Part shown: piece after piece, positions 24,790-37,443 of the stretch | Position numbering within the stretch: position 1 is the stretch's first letter | Layout: the number at the start of each line of letters is the position of its first letter | DNA from: Octopus bimaculoides | Lineage: Eukaryota | DNA: 37,537 nt | Assembly (NCBI RefSeq): GCF_001194135.2 | Contig: NC_068985.1 | Location: 12,476,762 to 12,514,298, forward strand | Direction: 5' to 3' | Translations under genes and position numbers: made by a program | The notes under the pieces: model-generated | What the model was told of the DNA's origin: nothing | What the model saw: the letters and a program-made list of their open reading frames with translations, nothing else | Database searches by the model: none

Positions 24790-25895
24790 AACAATGGAAC
24801 GTCTAAGAAATGGAATGCTTATTTGACAAGGTAATTACATGAGATATGAATTATGTGAGTAGAATTTCGATAAAACTGTAATTTCTGTAAGCCTATAAAA
24901 ATGTGTTGAGATAACGAACAAGAATGACTTCTTTGAAATGTCTCAGTATCAATTTATTGGAGAAAATACCTACAATTTATAAAATTTCTGAACAAAAATA
25001 TTCAGAATCCATGCATATAAGTGTCATTTGTTTAACTTCCTGAAATGACTTATCAGTGAAAAATGCACGAAACACCCGCGGTAAACAAAATTATCAATAT
25101 TTTTGAGGTGATATTTTTATACTGAACTGTAAACCATTATGGTAAGAGTGATTTAAAGTGAAATCACACTTTGAATCAACGTTTAACTTGCACTGTCAGT
25201 AATAATACATAATAAAGGGAAAGAAAAGTGATATACATTGAAAGATAAATAGGACGTATAACTTGTAGGTCACTTTTGGAACTTAAGAATACCTCAAGAT
25301 CGACTGAATGGACAAGTAAAAGCAAGAAAAAAAGGCTTAAGTATACTTTAAAAGTGATTGACAATGGATTTATAAAGCAATGAAACTAAATATTGTACAA
25401 CTGACAAAACAGGGAAACATTGAAGGAAATACTATTCCGTTTATCGACACACGATACAGGAGTGACTAAATGTTCCATACATTAAAACAAACCTACCGAT
25501 ACTTTTGAAAAGCGCCAAAATGGAAAAATTTAGTTGATGAAAATCTCACAAGAAACAGAAAGCGTGAACCAAAAAATCTTTAAAACATCTTACAAGACCG
25601 CAATTCCCATCAGGTAATAATTTTTTAAATTCTCCTTGAATGACAGTGAAGACAATAGACCTGGAAAATGCAGTAAGAAAAAACAACTTGAAATATTTGG
25701 ATACTGGTTCGGGTGTAAAAGTTTAAAGAGGATACGAACTCTAAGATGCAGTATGTAATATACTGCATAACCTGTCTCAATTGCGAAGAGAATTACATTG
25801 GCGAAACAAATAATTCCCTTTGCCAAATCGCAAGAATCCAGGGAAAACATTCAACCAAAGAATAACGTAAGATGGAGGTGAGCAAACATCTAGAT
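24790..25895 (+). mobile_element. Decayed Penelope-like element (RT C-terminus plus GIY-YIG endonuclease)
   Basis: QYVIYCITCLNCEENYIGETNNSL at about 25746-25825 (PLE-type GIY-YIG with CxxC), upstream EPKNL*NIL (cf. RQPKNLK.IL) and downstream MEVSKHLDC. Confidence 0.75.
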
Positions 25896-26042
25896 TGTAT
25901 GATAAACCATTTGCTTCCCAAATACATGGATTGTTGTTCAGTTCTAATTGCATGGTGTTTTGGACATGTGTCTTCTACAAAAGTATCCGGTCGACCAAAT
26001 CCTTGTGGGTGGATTTGGTAGAGGGAAACTGAAAGATGCCCT

Positions 26043-26043
<1 letters not shown>
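25896..26043 (+). mobile_element. 5' half of SINE family B
   Basis: TTGCTTCCCA...GTGTCTTCTAC...GTGGATTTGGTAGAGGGAAACTGAAAGATGCCC followed by the (TA)n/(TATG)n tract at 26044-26216. Confidence 0.75.
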
Positions 26044-26104
<61 letters not shown>

Positions 26105-27995
26105 ATATATGTATGTATATATATATATATATGTATATATATGTATGTATGTATGTATGTATGAATGTATGAATGTATGTATGTATGTATGTATGTATGT
26201 ATGCTTGTATGTATGTGTGAGTATTGATGAGTGGATGGATATACATTTAGAAACTTCCATGTATTTATCTACGCGTATGCAAGTTTAAGTTCAACTGTAC
26301 ATTTACTGACTTCTGCAAGTAATTGTGGCTATACTGCGATACCAACGTTCATCTGATTAGATGATTCATTTCATTCCCCCACCCACCCACCATCTTCTGT
26401 GTTCGAGATTGGTGAACGTGGGTGTTACATAACGTTGGCCTTAGTTGTGTTTCTTGTAGTGTTCTCAGATTATATGTTATCTCATAAAAAATTATGTAAT
26501 TGTATTATTTCCACATTTTAAGCTTCTAAAACTCTGTTATTTTTTTGTGTGGCATGTTATTGAAAATCTTTGTGAACTGAATATCTTGACTCAGTATTTT
26601 TTTCAGGAGTCAGGGAAGCATCACATTTTTGCTTCTTTTCAACTGTTTCTGCTGACCGCCGACTTTATCACAAAAAATACAGTGTATATGACCTAACCGT
26701 AGAGTCTCGTACCGATCGCAGGCAATGTTAAAATAGTTACGGATGATATTGCAGAAAACAATGAAGATCTGCAAGTGTTCACAACACCACTCAAAAAATA
26801 AACAGAGAAGCTAAATTAAGTTTCGGTAAAACAAAACAACAATTATTAGGATGAACAATACTATGGATCAAAAACGAGTATAATATAAAGGGATATGCAG
26901 CAGAAATGCAGTAATTTCAGTGTATGAAATAATTTCACGATTGATTAGTATATATACATCATAAACTGTCAACTCTGGTAGGTGAATATATTTACTTCAC
27001 ATGATATCCCTAAGATGAAGGCCGTTTCGTAGCCATCACCATGTAATAAAGATGTCTGTATAACGAAATATTTTACGTCTTCAACAATATGCATGATACG
27101 CATTGCATAGTACTATCGTATATTTAAAATCAATGCAGATAATTATTACATTATGAACGGTGCGGAACCGCCGTCACCCTACGGATATTAATTGATTATA
27201 TAAATATATTCACTTTTCATAGCTCCTAATATATACTAGGTGAATAACAAGTCGCTGCCAGGTAATTTTTTACAAAAGAAAGTTCGTGTAACATGTATGC
27301 AAAGTTTCTTGAATATTGGTTCGCTGGTTTAGGCACGAAGATGGTGACAGGTAGGCAGACAGACATACACAAAAACGGAAATTGCAATTTATATACAAAG
27401 ATACAAAGTTACAAGTAGAAGAGATATAGTATCATGCAAATTTATTTCACTATAAGAAAATTTAAATATCACGACAAATTGTTTCTCAACTTAAAGTATG
27501 TAAATATAATTTATATAATAATATTTAATAATAAATACATTGTTTACGTATTCGTATCTGCAGTAATCCAAAATGCAAAAGATCTTTTAAAACGATACAG
27601 AAAATAATCTACGTCGTCTGACGAAAGAAAGCCATTGTTAAAGACTAACGTCTCAACTTAACGCTTCAAGAACGTAAAGTCACTTTCTAAATAGAACGTT
27701 AAAAATTATGGAAGACAATAATGATAAAATTGTTATAAGATAAGAAAAATGTCTAACAAGTGGAAGGCAATTAGAGTGACATAATTAAAATGTAACTACT
27801 AGATATATCAATATAATAAAATAAAAATAAATATAATTTTTCTTTATCGTACTTTATATTCTATATATTTTGTAGGATGAAACATTAAGGATATACCGAA
27901 TTATTTGAATCCATACACTGTGATTTAGATATACATATACAGAATATACCTGTGCTCACCTGTCAATGTTTGTGTATGCCATAAGGTCAGAAAAT

Positions 27996-28187
27996 CTAAT
28001 GGAGGCTTCAAAAGACATTTCAAGATCCGTAAAGATCAGAATTCTTGGTGCACCAAATCAGATACGCAATTTATGTGGAAGTCTTTTCGAAACATTGTCT
28101 AGTTCAAAAAGCCACATCTGATGCCGTGATAAATCTAATGTGTACGTACAAGAGGTGGTCGAACTCTGCATAAAGAGTAGGCAACCA

Positions 28188-28192
<5 letters not shown>
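27996..28192 (+). repeat. Unclassified dispersed repeat, copy 2
   Basis: Homologous to the reverse complement of 2806-2979, with indels. Ends CAACCACCATA then (TA)n to 28236. Confidence 0.7.
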
Positions 28193-28238
<46 letters not shown>

Positions 28239-28839
28239 CTGTAGCATTACATTTTGTGTTACATAAATATAATTTATAAATTTAAAAGAAAATATCTTTC
28301 TCCGTTGTGAAAATCTGGAAACTCATATAATTGTAATCATGCGTGGGATTTCTACAACGTAGTATTTAAATTCTTTTTGGTTAGATTTATAAAGTAAAGA
28401 CACACTTTTATATTCATAAACATTTACTTATTCGCAAATTTAGTCACACATACAGCGTACCCTGTCGTTCGTCATAAATTTCTGATATATAATTTTAAAA
28501 AATAAATGAGAAATATTTTACCTTTTTTTTTTACTTTTTATGTCACGACATTCTCACCAAACTTTAATTCTTTTCTCATCAAATAAGTTAACAAATGTAT
28601 TTAGTTATACAAATTTAATTAATATCAATCTGTCACCTTCAGACATTTTCTTTCAATACACCAATATTAACTTGTGTATTTTTCAAAATACGTATCAACT
28701 AGATCTTCTCGTTACACTATTTTAATAACTTTATAGGCTTCTTTCATTTACGTATATCATTTTACTGTTTAATTTATAATTTCACGCAAATTTCGATATA
28801 ACGCTGTGCTCTCAATCGATAGCATTGTCCTCATCTCAC

Positions 28840-28902
28840 GATCCAACAAAATTAAATAAATATATTAAATTATCTAGTGTTAATCTTCCGGTCCCATCTT
28901 TA
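28840..28902 (-). CDS. Speculative 63-nt symmetric internal exon with an EF-hand-like loop
   Basis: ctttttttattttccgAG|T AAA GAT GGG ACC GGA AGA TTA ACA CTA GAT AAT TTA...GGA TC|GTGAGA encodes (D)KDGTGRLTLDNLIYLFNFVG(S), phase 2 to phase 2. No partner exons were found. Confidence 0.2.
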
Positions 28903-29559
28903 CTTCGGAAAATAAAAAAAAGCTGTATTGCATTATTATTGTTTTTATCTAGTAGTAAAGAATCAACCACCCTGCATTGCAAAACAGGGCCATTCTTCTG
29001 AAGAAATAATTTGCGAAACCTAAGGCAGACCTCGTAGAAATCCAGAATGTGTTGAACGGAAAAAGTATAGCTTATTTCTAAAGGAGGAATTATATCAAGC
29101 AATAATGTGTACATATCACTCTGATTTCACATACCAATAAAATCATGGAACGAAGTACCAGAAGAAATGCATTACGTTCTTTGGAGTATAGTTCTTAACC
29201 AGTAGAAGCTAACACAACCCTTCCGTATTAAGACTGGGATCCTAATGACCTATTCAGACGTGGATGATAAATATTTCGACTTTACGAATTCGCAAACAGA
29301 CTGATGCAGCAAAGGGTACTACCCCACCACTCTATGTCCCTCTCTCTCTACCCTTATCTCCGACTCTAGCTTTTTCTCTCTCAAAGGAGTGTCTGTATTG
29401 TTATTGCTATTTAAGTGCTGGAGTAGTAATTCAATAGGAAGGAGAGTACAAGATGATTGTACAATGTCACAGATGTCTAATGTGGCTCTTAAAATACAAA
29501 ACAAAAACTAAGATCCCACTGTAACAAAATTGTTGAAACTACACCTTTGACATCTATTC

Positions 29560-29790
29560 TTTTCTGGAAACCTGTGGAACAACACATCACAAATGATATA
29601 ACGGGGTCCTGAATTGTCCCTGGACTTTGAGTTCTTTATGGGGCTTAGACAGAATGAAGGATTACTGCAATAAGTGTTTGAATCTGAGGGGGAAATATGT
29701 TGAATAAAATCATAATTAACTGATCCACCTATATTTTCTTTTACCCGAAGCCAGGAAATTTTCAGTGCCCACGTGTGCACTTCTAACAGG
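29560..29790 (+). mobile_element. Mariner 3'-end remnant
   Basis: GLDRMKDYCNKCLNLRGKYVE* resembles the mariner C-terminus KCI.LRG.YVE*. A degenerate TIR-like ...AAATTTTCAGTGCCCACGTG follows. Confidence 0.4.
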
Positions 29791-30183
29791 GTAAATGCGT
29801 GTTTGAAAGAAACCTAACTTTACTTGATGATAACATTTCTACTACCATAAGAACTGTACATAATAGGAATGTTCAGTCTACAAATGTTATGCTTCAACTG
29901 GATGAAATGGTCTTCATCATGTTGACATTCAGAATAAGAATACCAGTGTATATCTAAGTGTGTGTGTGTGTGTGTATTTCTGTGTACATGTCTGCGTATG
30001 AGTGTGTGTCCATGTGTGTGTTTACCAAACCTAACTAGAAGACAAATAAGTCTTATTGAAAATTTATCGTTGCAACTGATAAGGCGATAGAAATAATGAA
30101 TATATTTCCGCAAGACGAAAAGAATTCAAAGTTTATAACTGGTAATAGTGTGTTGCTTTTATGCCACGCATATCCCTCATTCT

Positions 30184-30602
30184 TTTCTACTATAATGTAG
30201 AAGGCTCGAAATTTTGGGTGAGTGGGCCAGTCGAATAGATCGACCCCTGTACGCAACTAATACTTAATTTATCCAACCCGAAAGGATGAAAGGCAAAGTC
30301 GACCGCAACGGAATTTCAACTCAGAACGTAAAGACAGATGAAATACCGCTAGGCGTTTCGCCCGGCGTGCTAACGTATCTTATTTCTTTATTGACCACAA
30401 GGGGCTAAACATAGAGGGGACAAACAAAGGGATTAAGTCGATTACATCGACCCCAGTGCGTAAGTGGTAGTTAATTTATCGACCCCGAAAAGATGAAACA
30501 CAAAGTCGACCTCGACAGAATTTGAACTCAGGACGTAGCGGTAGACAAAATACCGCTAAGCATTTCACCCGGCCTGCTAACGACTCTGCCAGGTTGCCAC
30601 CT
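30184..30602 (-). mobile_element. Dimeric SINE family A
   Basis: Same two-monomer layout and linker (junction near 30380) as 21181-21604. Confidence 0.9.
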
Positions 30603-30977
30603 TCGCATACCCCTCATTACATCAAGAATGTTCTTTATAGTTCTAGTGCCTTAACTTTCCCATGTTTCCTTCTTTTGCTAAAACGCTCAACATATCATTG
30701 TTTCTGAGTATGACTGATTTTGATAATTGAATTTTACACATCACGTCTAATTTATTTTGCATGCTTACATCTTGATCGATATATCTATCAAACCTCTTCT
30801 GTATGTGTCTCACCATACTAATAAAGAACATTAACAAAACTGCGCGCTCAGTGTTGCACGCGTTACAGATGAATTTAGGTTTACAAGAAAATATATAAAA
30901 TAAAATAAATAAAACTGAATTTTCTTAATCACTTTACTGGAGAGATTCACCCTTACGTATGTATTTGTCAATATATT

Positions 30978-31257
30978 ATTTTACTGTTTTACTCGTTTCA
31001 GTCATTTGACTGCAGCCATACAAGAGCACCTTTCCCATGTATACAAGCCTCCCCTCTCCAGGCCACTGGTGTTGTCTAACAGAAAGCCAAAGGTCGATAT
31101 AACTTGGCACCAGTGACGTTACATCATATTTCCGTAGCTGAATGAAATGTAAGACAATGCGAATTAAAATGCCTTGTTGAAGAACACAGCACAATCCCGA
31201 ACTCACACTCTGACGCCTTTTTGGCCCGACGGACTAACCACTGAGCCATTCACCTTC
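30978..31257 (-). mobile_element. tRNA-derived SINE family C (CORE/V-like middle, family B tail)
   Basis: Minus-strand head GAAGGTGAATGGCTCAGTGGTTAGTCCGTCGGGC (A-box), middle TGTGTTCTTCAACAAGGCATTTTAATTC...CATTCAGCTACGGAAAT, and tail GCTGCAGTCAAATGACTGAAACGAGTAAAA shared with family B. Confidence 0.7.
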
Positions 31258-31763
31258 ACAATATGGAAATAAAATTTATATGTTGTAATTAATTGCCTAA
31301 AGTCTGTGAAATATTTGTATTTATAATCGGTTGTATGTGGCGACTGTCTTAGTTATTAAAATATGAAAATAATTGCTTATTGTTTAATGAAGTATTATGA
31401 AGATAGGATAATTCCAATAACTTGTTCTTAGTTTATCGCATACTATTGAGGCGTAAACTTTATGTAATATTCTAATAATGTCCACAAGTACAGGTCAAAT
31501 AAGCGCCACTGGTACAAGTGTTGTTTGAAGCAGGAAAACTATCATTAATTTCACACTGTTAGTTGTCTTCCATATAGCGACGGTAAGCCATACGTGATAT
31601 TAGTGATAATTATTTCTATATCACATCATTGGCAAAATATATGCGTATGAGAACAGGTGCATTCGTTTATGTCTGTGTGCGTGTGCGTGTGCAAGTGTGT
31701 GGGTATGCATATGTATGAATATATATGTATATGATATATACACACACACACGTATACACAAAT

Positions 31764-31834
<71 letters not shown>

Positions 31835-32620
31835 NNNNNNNNNNNNNNNNNNNNNNNNNNNNNNNNNNNNNNNNNNNNNNNNNNNNNNNNNNNNNNNNNN
31901 NNNNNNNNNNNNNNNNNNNNNNNNNNNNNNNNNNNNNNNNNNNNNNNNNNNNNNNNNNNNNNNNNNNNNNNNNNNNNNNNNNNNNNNNNNNNNNNNNNNN
32001 NNNNNNNNNNNNNNNNNNNNNNNNNNNNNNNNNNNNNNNNNNNNNNNNNNNNNNNNNNNNNNNNNNNNNNNNNNNNNNNNNNNNNNNNNNNNNNNNNNNN
32101 NNNNNNNNNNNNNNNNNNNNNATATATATATATATATATATATACATATATAAAAGATAATAAGAGTGAAAAAACTACAGAAGGCTTGTGTTACATGGTT
32201 AAAGTATATATTTAAATTATATCAGAAAAATGTTAGAAAAACGTTAGAAAATGTTATAAAATCTTTTTGGTATATAAACATTGTATTTTGAGAAATAACC
32301 GGTTTCGTGTTGTCATTTCAAATTTCTCTACTTCATTGTGTCGTGTTCGTTCCAGTCTGACGAATATATATACATATATATACATATGCAAGTTAGTTCC
32401 AGAGTTCGTTAGAATCTAGGAATTTCAACAGATTCAACATGCTCAACATGTAGGACGCCATGATAGACCAGGTACTAAGCTTACTCTGGACCAACATAGA
32501 GATGTATATATATACATACACACGCCTATCTATGTATAGGTAGACGTAGACGGATGCTTATATGTATAGGTACACAATGCAATATAAACTGTAGAATCTA
32601 ACGCAGGGACGTTTCTAGCA

Positions 32621-33047
32621 TATTCTTTTATTCTTTTATACTTTTACATGTTTCAGTCATTTTCGATGCGGCCATGCTAGAGCACCGCCTTTAGTCGAGC
32701 AAATCAACCCCAGGAATTATTCTTTGTAAGCCGAGTATTTATTCTATCGGTCTCTTTTGCCAAACCGCTAAGTTACGGGGACGTAAACATGCCGGCATCG
32801 GTTGTCAAGCGATGTTGGGTAGACAAACACAGGCACACAGACATATACACACCCACCCACACGCATACACACTCATATATATATACGACGGGGCGTCTTA
32901 CAATTTCCATCTACCAAATCTACTCACAAGGTTTTGGTTGGCCCGAGGCTATAGAAGACAGTATCCGAAGATGTAACGCAGTGGGACTGAACAAGGAAAC
33001 ATGTGGTTGGTAAGCAAGGTAATTACCTCACAGCCACTCCTGCGCCT
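32621..33047 (-). mobile_element. SINE family B
   Basis: Collinear with 8622-9042. Confidence 0.9.
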
Positions 33048-33129
33048 ATATGTATAAACGAAAAGCACAAGTGTTCAGTGCATCAACGAAATGCTACAAA
33101 TAAACCACATAAGTTTTGGCTCTAATAAT

Positions 33130-33500
33130 AGTCACATTAAAATCCCAAGATCACTTGTACACCCAAGTTGCCCGCGTGTCGGTCCATTTACCTGCCTATA
33201 TCCGCCTTTCCACTCGACATGTTTAAATTCGATTACTGCTTGCCCCCTATCTTGTATTTCTTTTTCGAATATCTGAGGATGTTTTCGGTCCATCCTGGCC
33301 CAACAGGCGGCATTCTGGTCGCATTTACAGTGTGATGTCTTGTTTTGACTTCTGTTATAGAATAGCATCCACGTAATCTTCACTTTGCCATTTGGTTCCC
33401 GAAATATGTTTTGAATTCGTCGGATAAACTTCATAAATCGCCCAGTCAACAATATCCTTCATATCTTAAACGGATGTAGAGATTTGTATGATTTTAAGAA
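33130..33500 (+). mobile_element. Possible decayed RLE-type (R2/NeSL/Hero-like) LINE fragment
   Basis: Motif fragments LDM(L)NS, NL..AIWFP and ILHILNGC (cf. the HILNGC zinc knuckle preceding the RLE domain), in the expected order but across frameshifts. Confidence 0.3.
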
Positions 33501-33990
33501 CGAATTACCACTTGGGGTTATGAATAACCTTTTCCTTTACTCCGACTTATCTCCAATATACTGCAAATTGTCAATTTTTCTCCTGTTCCTCTGAAGATGG
33601 AGTTATTTAAAAGACAAGAAAACTTTCTTATACCAACGTATCTTAGTTCTATGTTTCAATACAGAACACAGACAAAGTCAGTGAAATTTTATTAAAGCAA
33701 CCACGTTATATAAGTTTGTATGTGCGAGTGTCTTGTATGTGTCTCAGTGCATATGTATACATGCGTATATTTATGTATGTTTGTGTGTTTGTGTACTCAT
33801 ACATACATAACTATATATATATATATATNNNNNNNNNNNNNNNNNNNNNNNNNNNNNNNNNNNNNNNNNNNNNNNNNNNNNNNNNNNNNNNNNNNNNNNN
33901 NNNNNNNNNNNNNNNNNNNNNNNNNNNNNNNNNNNNNNNNNNNNNNNNNNNNNNNNNNNNNNNNNNNNNNNNNNNNNNNNNNNNNNNNNN

Positions 33991-34027
<37 letters not shown>

Positions 34028-34799
34028 CATACACGCATAGGTATACATATACATAGACAGATAAATGTGACTTTTATTGCAGTCCAGTACACCTCTATTA
34101 AGATTATGACAACCCATTAATCCATCTTGAAGTTAGATGCGCCTTGTATCCACTTCATTTGCCGTTAACCGTTAATGACCTTGAGAAAAATATAATAATT
34201 ACTAGAATACTCTTCAACTTGATAGAACCTAATAATGCATTGATGAAATCTACTTAATTAAGATTCACCAAGCAGAAAATAATAGCTAAATGTTTCTCCT
34301 GTTTCTTTCATATGTGAAATCAATAACTGAGACGCTTCTCCGTATGTTGTGTGGTTGACGCTTTCTCATTTAGTGTTTCATTACTCGTACCATTGAACAA
34401 AAACAATATTATATGAAACACACACTCTGTACAAAGGCAAATATTTGATTGCGTACAAGCACTCGCACATATATAAACGTGGACAGATACTTGTATCTAT
34501 CACTGTTCATTACCTTCTTATTAATCACACAAAATAAATATTCTCGCTAAACATGAAGAAAATGGCATTTTCCATCTCAAAGAATTTATCTGCAATTAGA
34601 TACTTTGACACTGTTTTACATTTACCCCGTATTGTTAATGTCGTTTAGCGGCAGATCACCCGTAGTCGACTAGACTTATAGTAAAATGCATTGCTAACAT
34701 CCTATTTGTGTGTCAGATGGTACATGAAATTTCTCTTTATATTAATATGACAAGCTGTGAATCGAGATATATTTTGATATTATAATCAAAGGCTAATAG

Positions 34800-35200
34800 G
34801 GCGGCGGTGAGCTGGCAGAATAATGAGCATGCTGGACGAAATGCTTAGCGGTATTTCGTCTGCCACTGCGTTCTGAGTTCAAATTCCGCCGAGGTCGACT
34901 TTGCCTTTCATCCTTTCGGGGTCGATAGATTAAGTACCAGTTACGCACTGGGGTCGATATAATCGACTTAATCCGTTTGTCTGTCCTTGTTTGTCCCCTC
35001 TCTGTGTAGCCCCTTGTGGGCAGTAAAGAAATAGGTATTTCATCTGTCACTACGTTCTAAGTTCAAATTCCGCCGAGGTCGACTTTACCTTTCAGACTTT
35101 CTGGGTCAATAAAGTAAGTACCAGTTGAACACTGATGTCGATATAACGACTCATCCCCATCTCCCGCAGATTGGCCTTGTGTCAAAAATTAAAAATATTT
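34800..35200 (+). mobile_element. Dimeric SINE family A (right monomer 5'-truncated)
   Basis: Full left monomer GGCGGTGAGCTGGCAGAA..., linker ending CAGTAAAGAAATA at 35033, and a second monomer starting at GGTATTTCATCTGTC. Confidence 0.9.
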
Positions 35201-35350
35201 ATAACAATCTAATCTCTCAGAACGCAATTATCTCCCCTGTCTGTACAAGTATCTAAGGGCCAAATTATGAGAACGCGAATGATACAATATGGTCTTGTTT
35301 TTCAATATCCAGTACTGCATTAGTCGTGTTCTATTAAAAATATAATGAAT

Positions 35351-35765
35351 AGGTGCGGAGTGGCTGTGTGGTAAGTAGCTTGTTCACCAACCACATGGTT
35401 CTGGTTCATTCCCACTACGTGGCGCTTTGGGTAAGTGTCTTCTACTACAGCCTCGGGTCGACCATAGCCTTGTGAGTGGATTTGGTAGACGGAAACTGAA
35501 ACAAGGCCGTCGTATATGTGTATATATATATATGTATGTGTGTGTGTATATGTTTGTGTGTTTGTGTTTTCTCCCTCCTCCAGCATCGCGTGACAACCGA
35601 TGGTGGTGTGTTTACGTCCCCGTAACTTAGAGGTTCGGCAAAAAAATACCGATAGAATAAGTACTAGGCTTCCACAGAATAAGTCCTGGGGTCGATTTGC
35701 TCGACTAAAAGGCGGTGCTCCAGCATGGCCGCAGTCAAATGACGGAAACAAAAGATTAAAAGAGT
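35351..35765 (+). mobile_element. SINE family B
   Basis: GGAGTGGCTGTGTGGTAAGTAGCTTG head, internal (TA)/(TG) tract, GGCGGTGCTCCAGCATGGCCGCAGTCAAATGAC tail. Confidence 0.9.
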
Positions 35766-36599
35766 AACGTAAGAATCACAGTTGTCATTTTCTTATGAGA
35801 AACATTTTCTTTTAAATATCCAATGTTAAATGCAATCATTTCATTTTCAGAAATGTTCATTTCATTTTAATCATTATACTGTTACATACCATGAATCTAG
35901 TTCCTAATTTTAATCAATGCATTTATTGGGGAAAATATTAAACATTATGATCTCTTTTGCCTGTACCATTTTAGATATGTAAGCTGTTAATGCCTAAGCG
36001 CAAGTTATCAATCAAACTAATATCATATCCCAGTCAAGAGTAAGTCATTCTGTTTTCTTTCTTTCTGTCTTTATTCGTTTTGATAAAACAATAGAATATA
36101 CAAATTTCAGCTCTATTGGGAAGTGTGTTTGCGTAAAATGTTTTATTTATTACCATCACAAAATTTACAATCATCGTGGCCACTCAATGTGCAGCCCACG
36201 TAAATTGCATAGCGTTTAGTTATTTTTCCTGATGTAATTAAAAATTTACAATATTTATTCACGTCACGTAATGAGGATTTCAATATCGACGATTTCAAAA
36301 AATCAAAACCCAAACGGTTGTCGACTCATCACCTGAATCTTAAACAGGTTGAACAATCTTATCTTACGATGCGCTGGAATCCTTTGTATTGAGGATATCG
36401 AATCAAATACGGAGACACTAATTGATTGATATATTACTAGACATGCAGGTCAAAACATCTTAAAATCATATGTACAGTATATACAAAGAGCACGCCAGAC
36501 ATTGTATTGTTGAGAAACCATTGGCTAAATTAGGTGCCCTGCACGAAAACAATCATAAGTCTACCCGAACAATGAAGGTGAATATATACGATAAAATAA

Positions 36600-36735
36600 G
36601 AGAAAGAGGAACGCCTTCGGTCATGAATGACCATGGGATTGCACCTAGAAAGTTACCTTCCGAGTCACAACTCCGGGCAAGGTTGTTTATGGAAGACCAG
36701 CATACCAGCCTTCCATCTCAGCGCCTCCGATGTTA
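36600..36735 (-). mobile_element. 3' fragment of a SINE related to family C
   Basis: Plus-strand CATACCAGCCTTCCATCTCAGCGCC resembles 31027-31065 (CATGTATACAAGCCTCCCCTCTCCAGGCC). The upstream GGTCATGAATGACCATGGGATTGCACCTAGAAAG is a repeat tail I recall from octopus DNA. Confidence 0.45.
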
Positions 36736-36747
36736 TAAGAATTAACT

Positions 36748-37261
36748 GATGGTGTTATCATGTACATTGTTTTGTCTTGGTATAAAAGATGGACTACAGC
36801 AAATATTCTGCTCAATACCACAGATTTGCTTGTCACTTGCTTGACCTTAACCAGTTGAGCATATCCCTTAGCGGCTGATGATATGTGCAACTCTAATCAC
36901 AAGCAGAAATAGTGTGTGTGTGGGGGGGGGGGCATCATGGCCATGTGCTGAGAGGAATTCTTTGGGGTTTGAATAATTCACCTCTGGAAATATGGATGTT
37001 TCCTTCAACATCCTTAAAAGACCCTTATTCAAGGACCTTTTGAAAGGGATGGGCTACTGGACCTGAAGAAAATTCTAACTGGGCTCTACCTGCAAGGTCA
37101 TTCCCTGTTTATCTTGATATGAGGTCACCATGTCGCGCACATATGGTTGTGATGCATGTGCCTGGTGTACCCTTATCAGACGGGTAGTCATGATGGATAA
37201 ACAGGGCTTCGTATATTTTATTCCAGTGTTACTTTCATGGCATGCACTGCTCTCTCACTCA

Positions 37262-37262
<1 letters not shown>
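36748..37262 (+). mobile_element. LINE 3' UTR ending in a (TAA)n tail (Dong/R4-like by tail type)
   Basis: A second diverged copy lies at 11141-11348. This copy terminates in CTCTCACTCAG(TAA)n. The clade assignment is inferred only from the (TAA)n association. Confidence 0.6.
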
Positions 37263-37322
<60 letters not shown>

Positions 37323-37443
37323 CAACAACAACAACAACAAAAAACAACAACATCTACAAGAAGAAGAAGAAGAAGAAGAAGAAGAAGAAGAAGAAGAAGA
37401 AGAAGAAGAAGAAGAAGAAGAAGAAGAAGAAGAAGAAGAAGAA
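37263..37443. repeat. Adjacent (AAT)n, (AAC)n and (AAG)n arrays
   Basis: Direct reading. They explain the poly-N/E/K/I ORFs at 37130-37527. Confidence 0.97.

Noticed and set aside
27610-27660. CTGACGAAAGAAAG core-like motif (similar partial hits at 10037, 19218 and 33591)
   Set aside because: No helix II or III pairing around the motifs.
28990-29040. Hammerhead-like CTGAAGA...GCGAAACC-TAA-GGCA on the plus strand
   Set aside because: Helix II does not pair at its base (A.C), U16.1 is replaced by C, and helix I has only two pairs. At best a dead relic.
36870-36945. CTGATGA...GCAGAAA within the LINE 3' UTR
   Set aside because: No helix II closing pairs and no UH triplet followed by a helix I partner.
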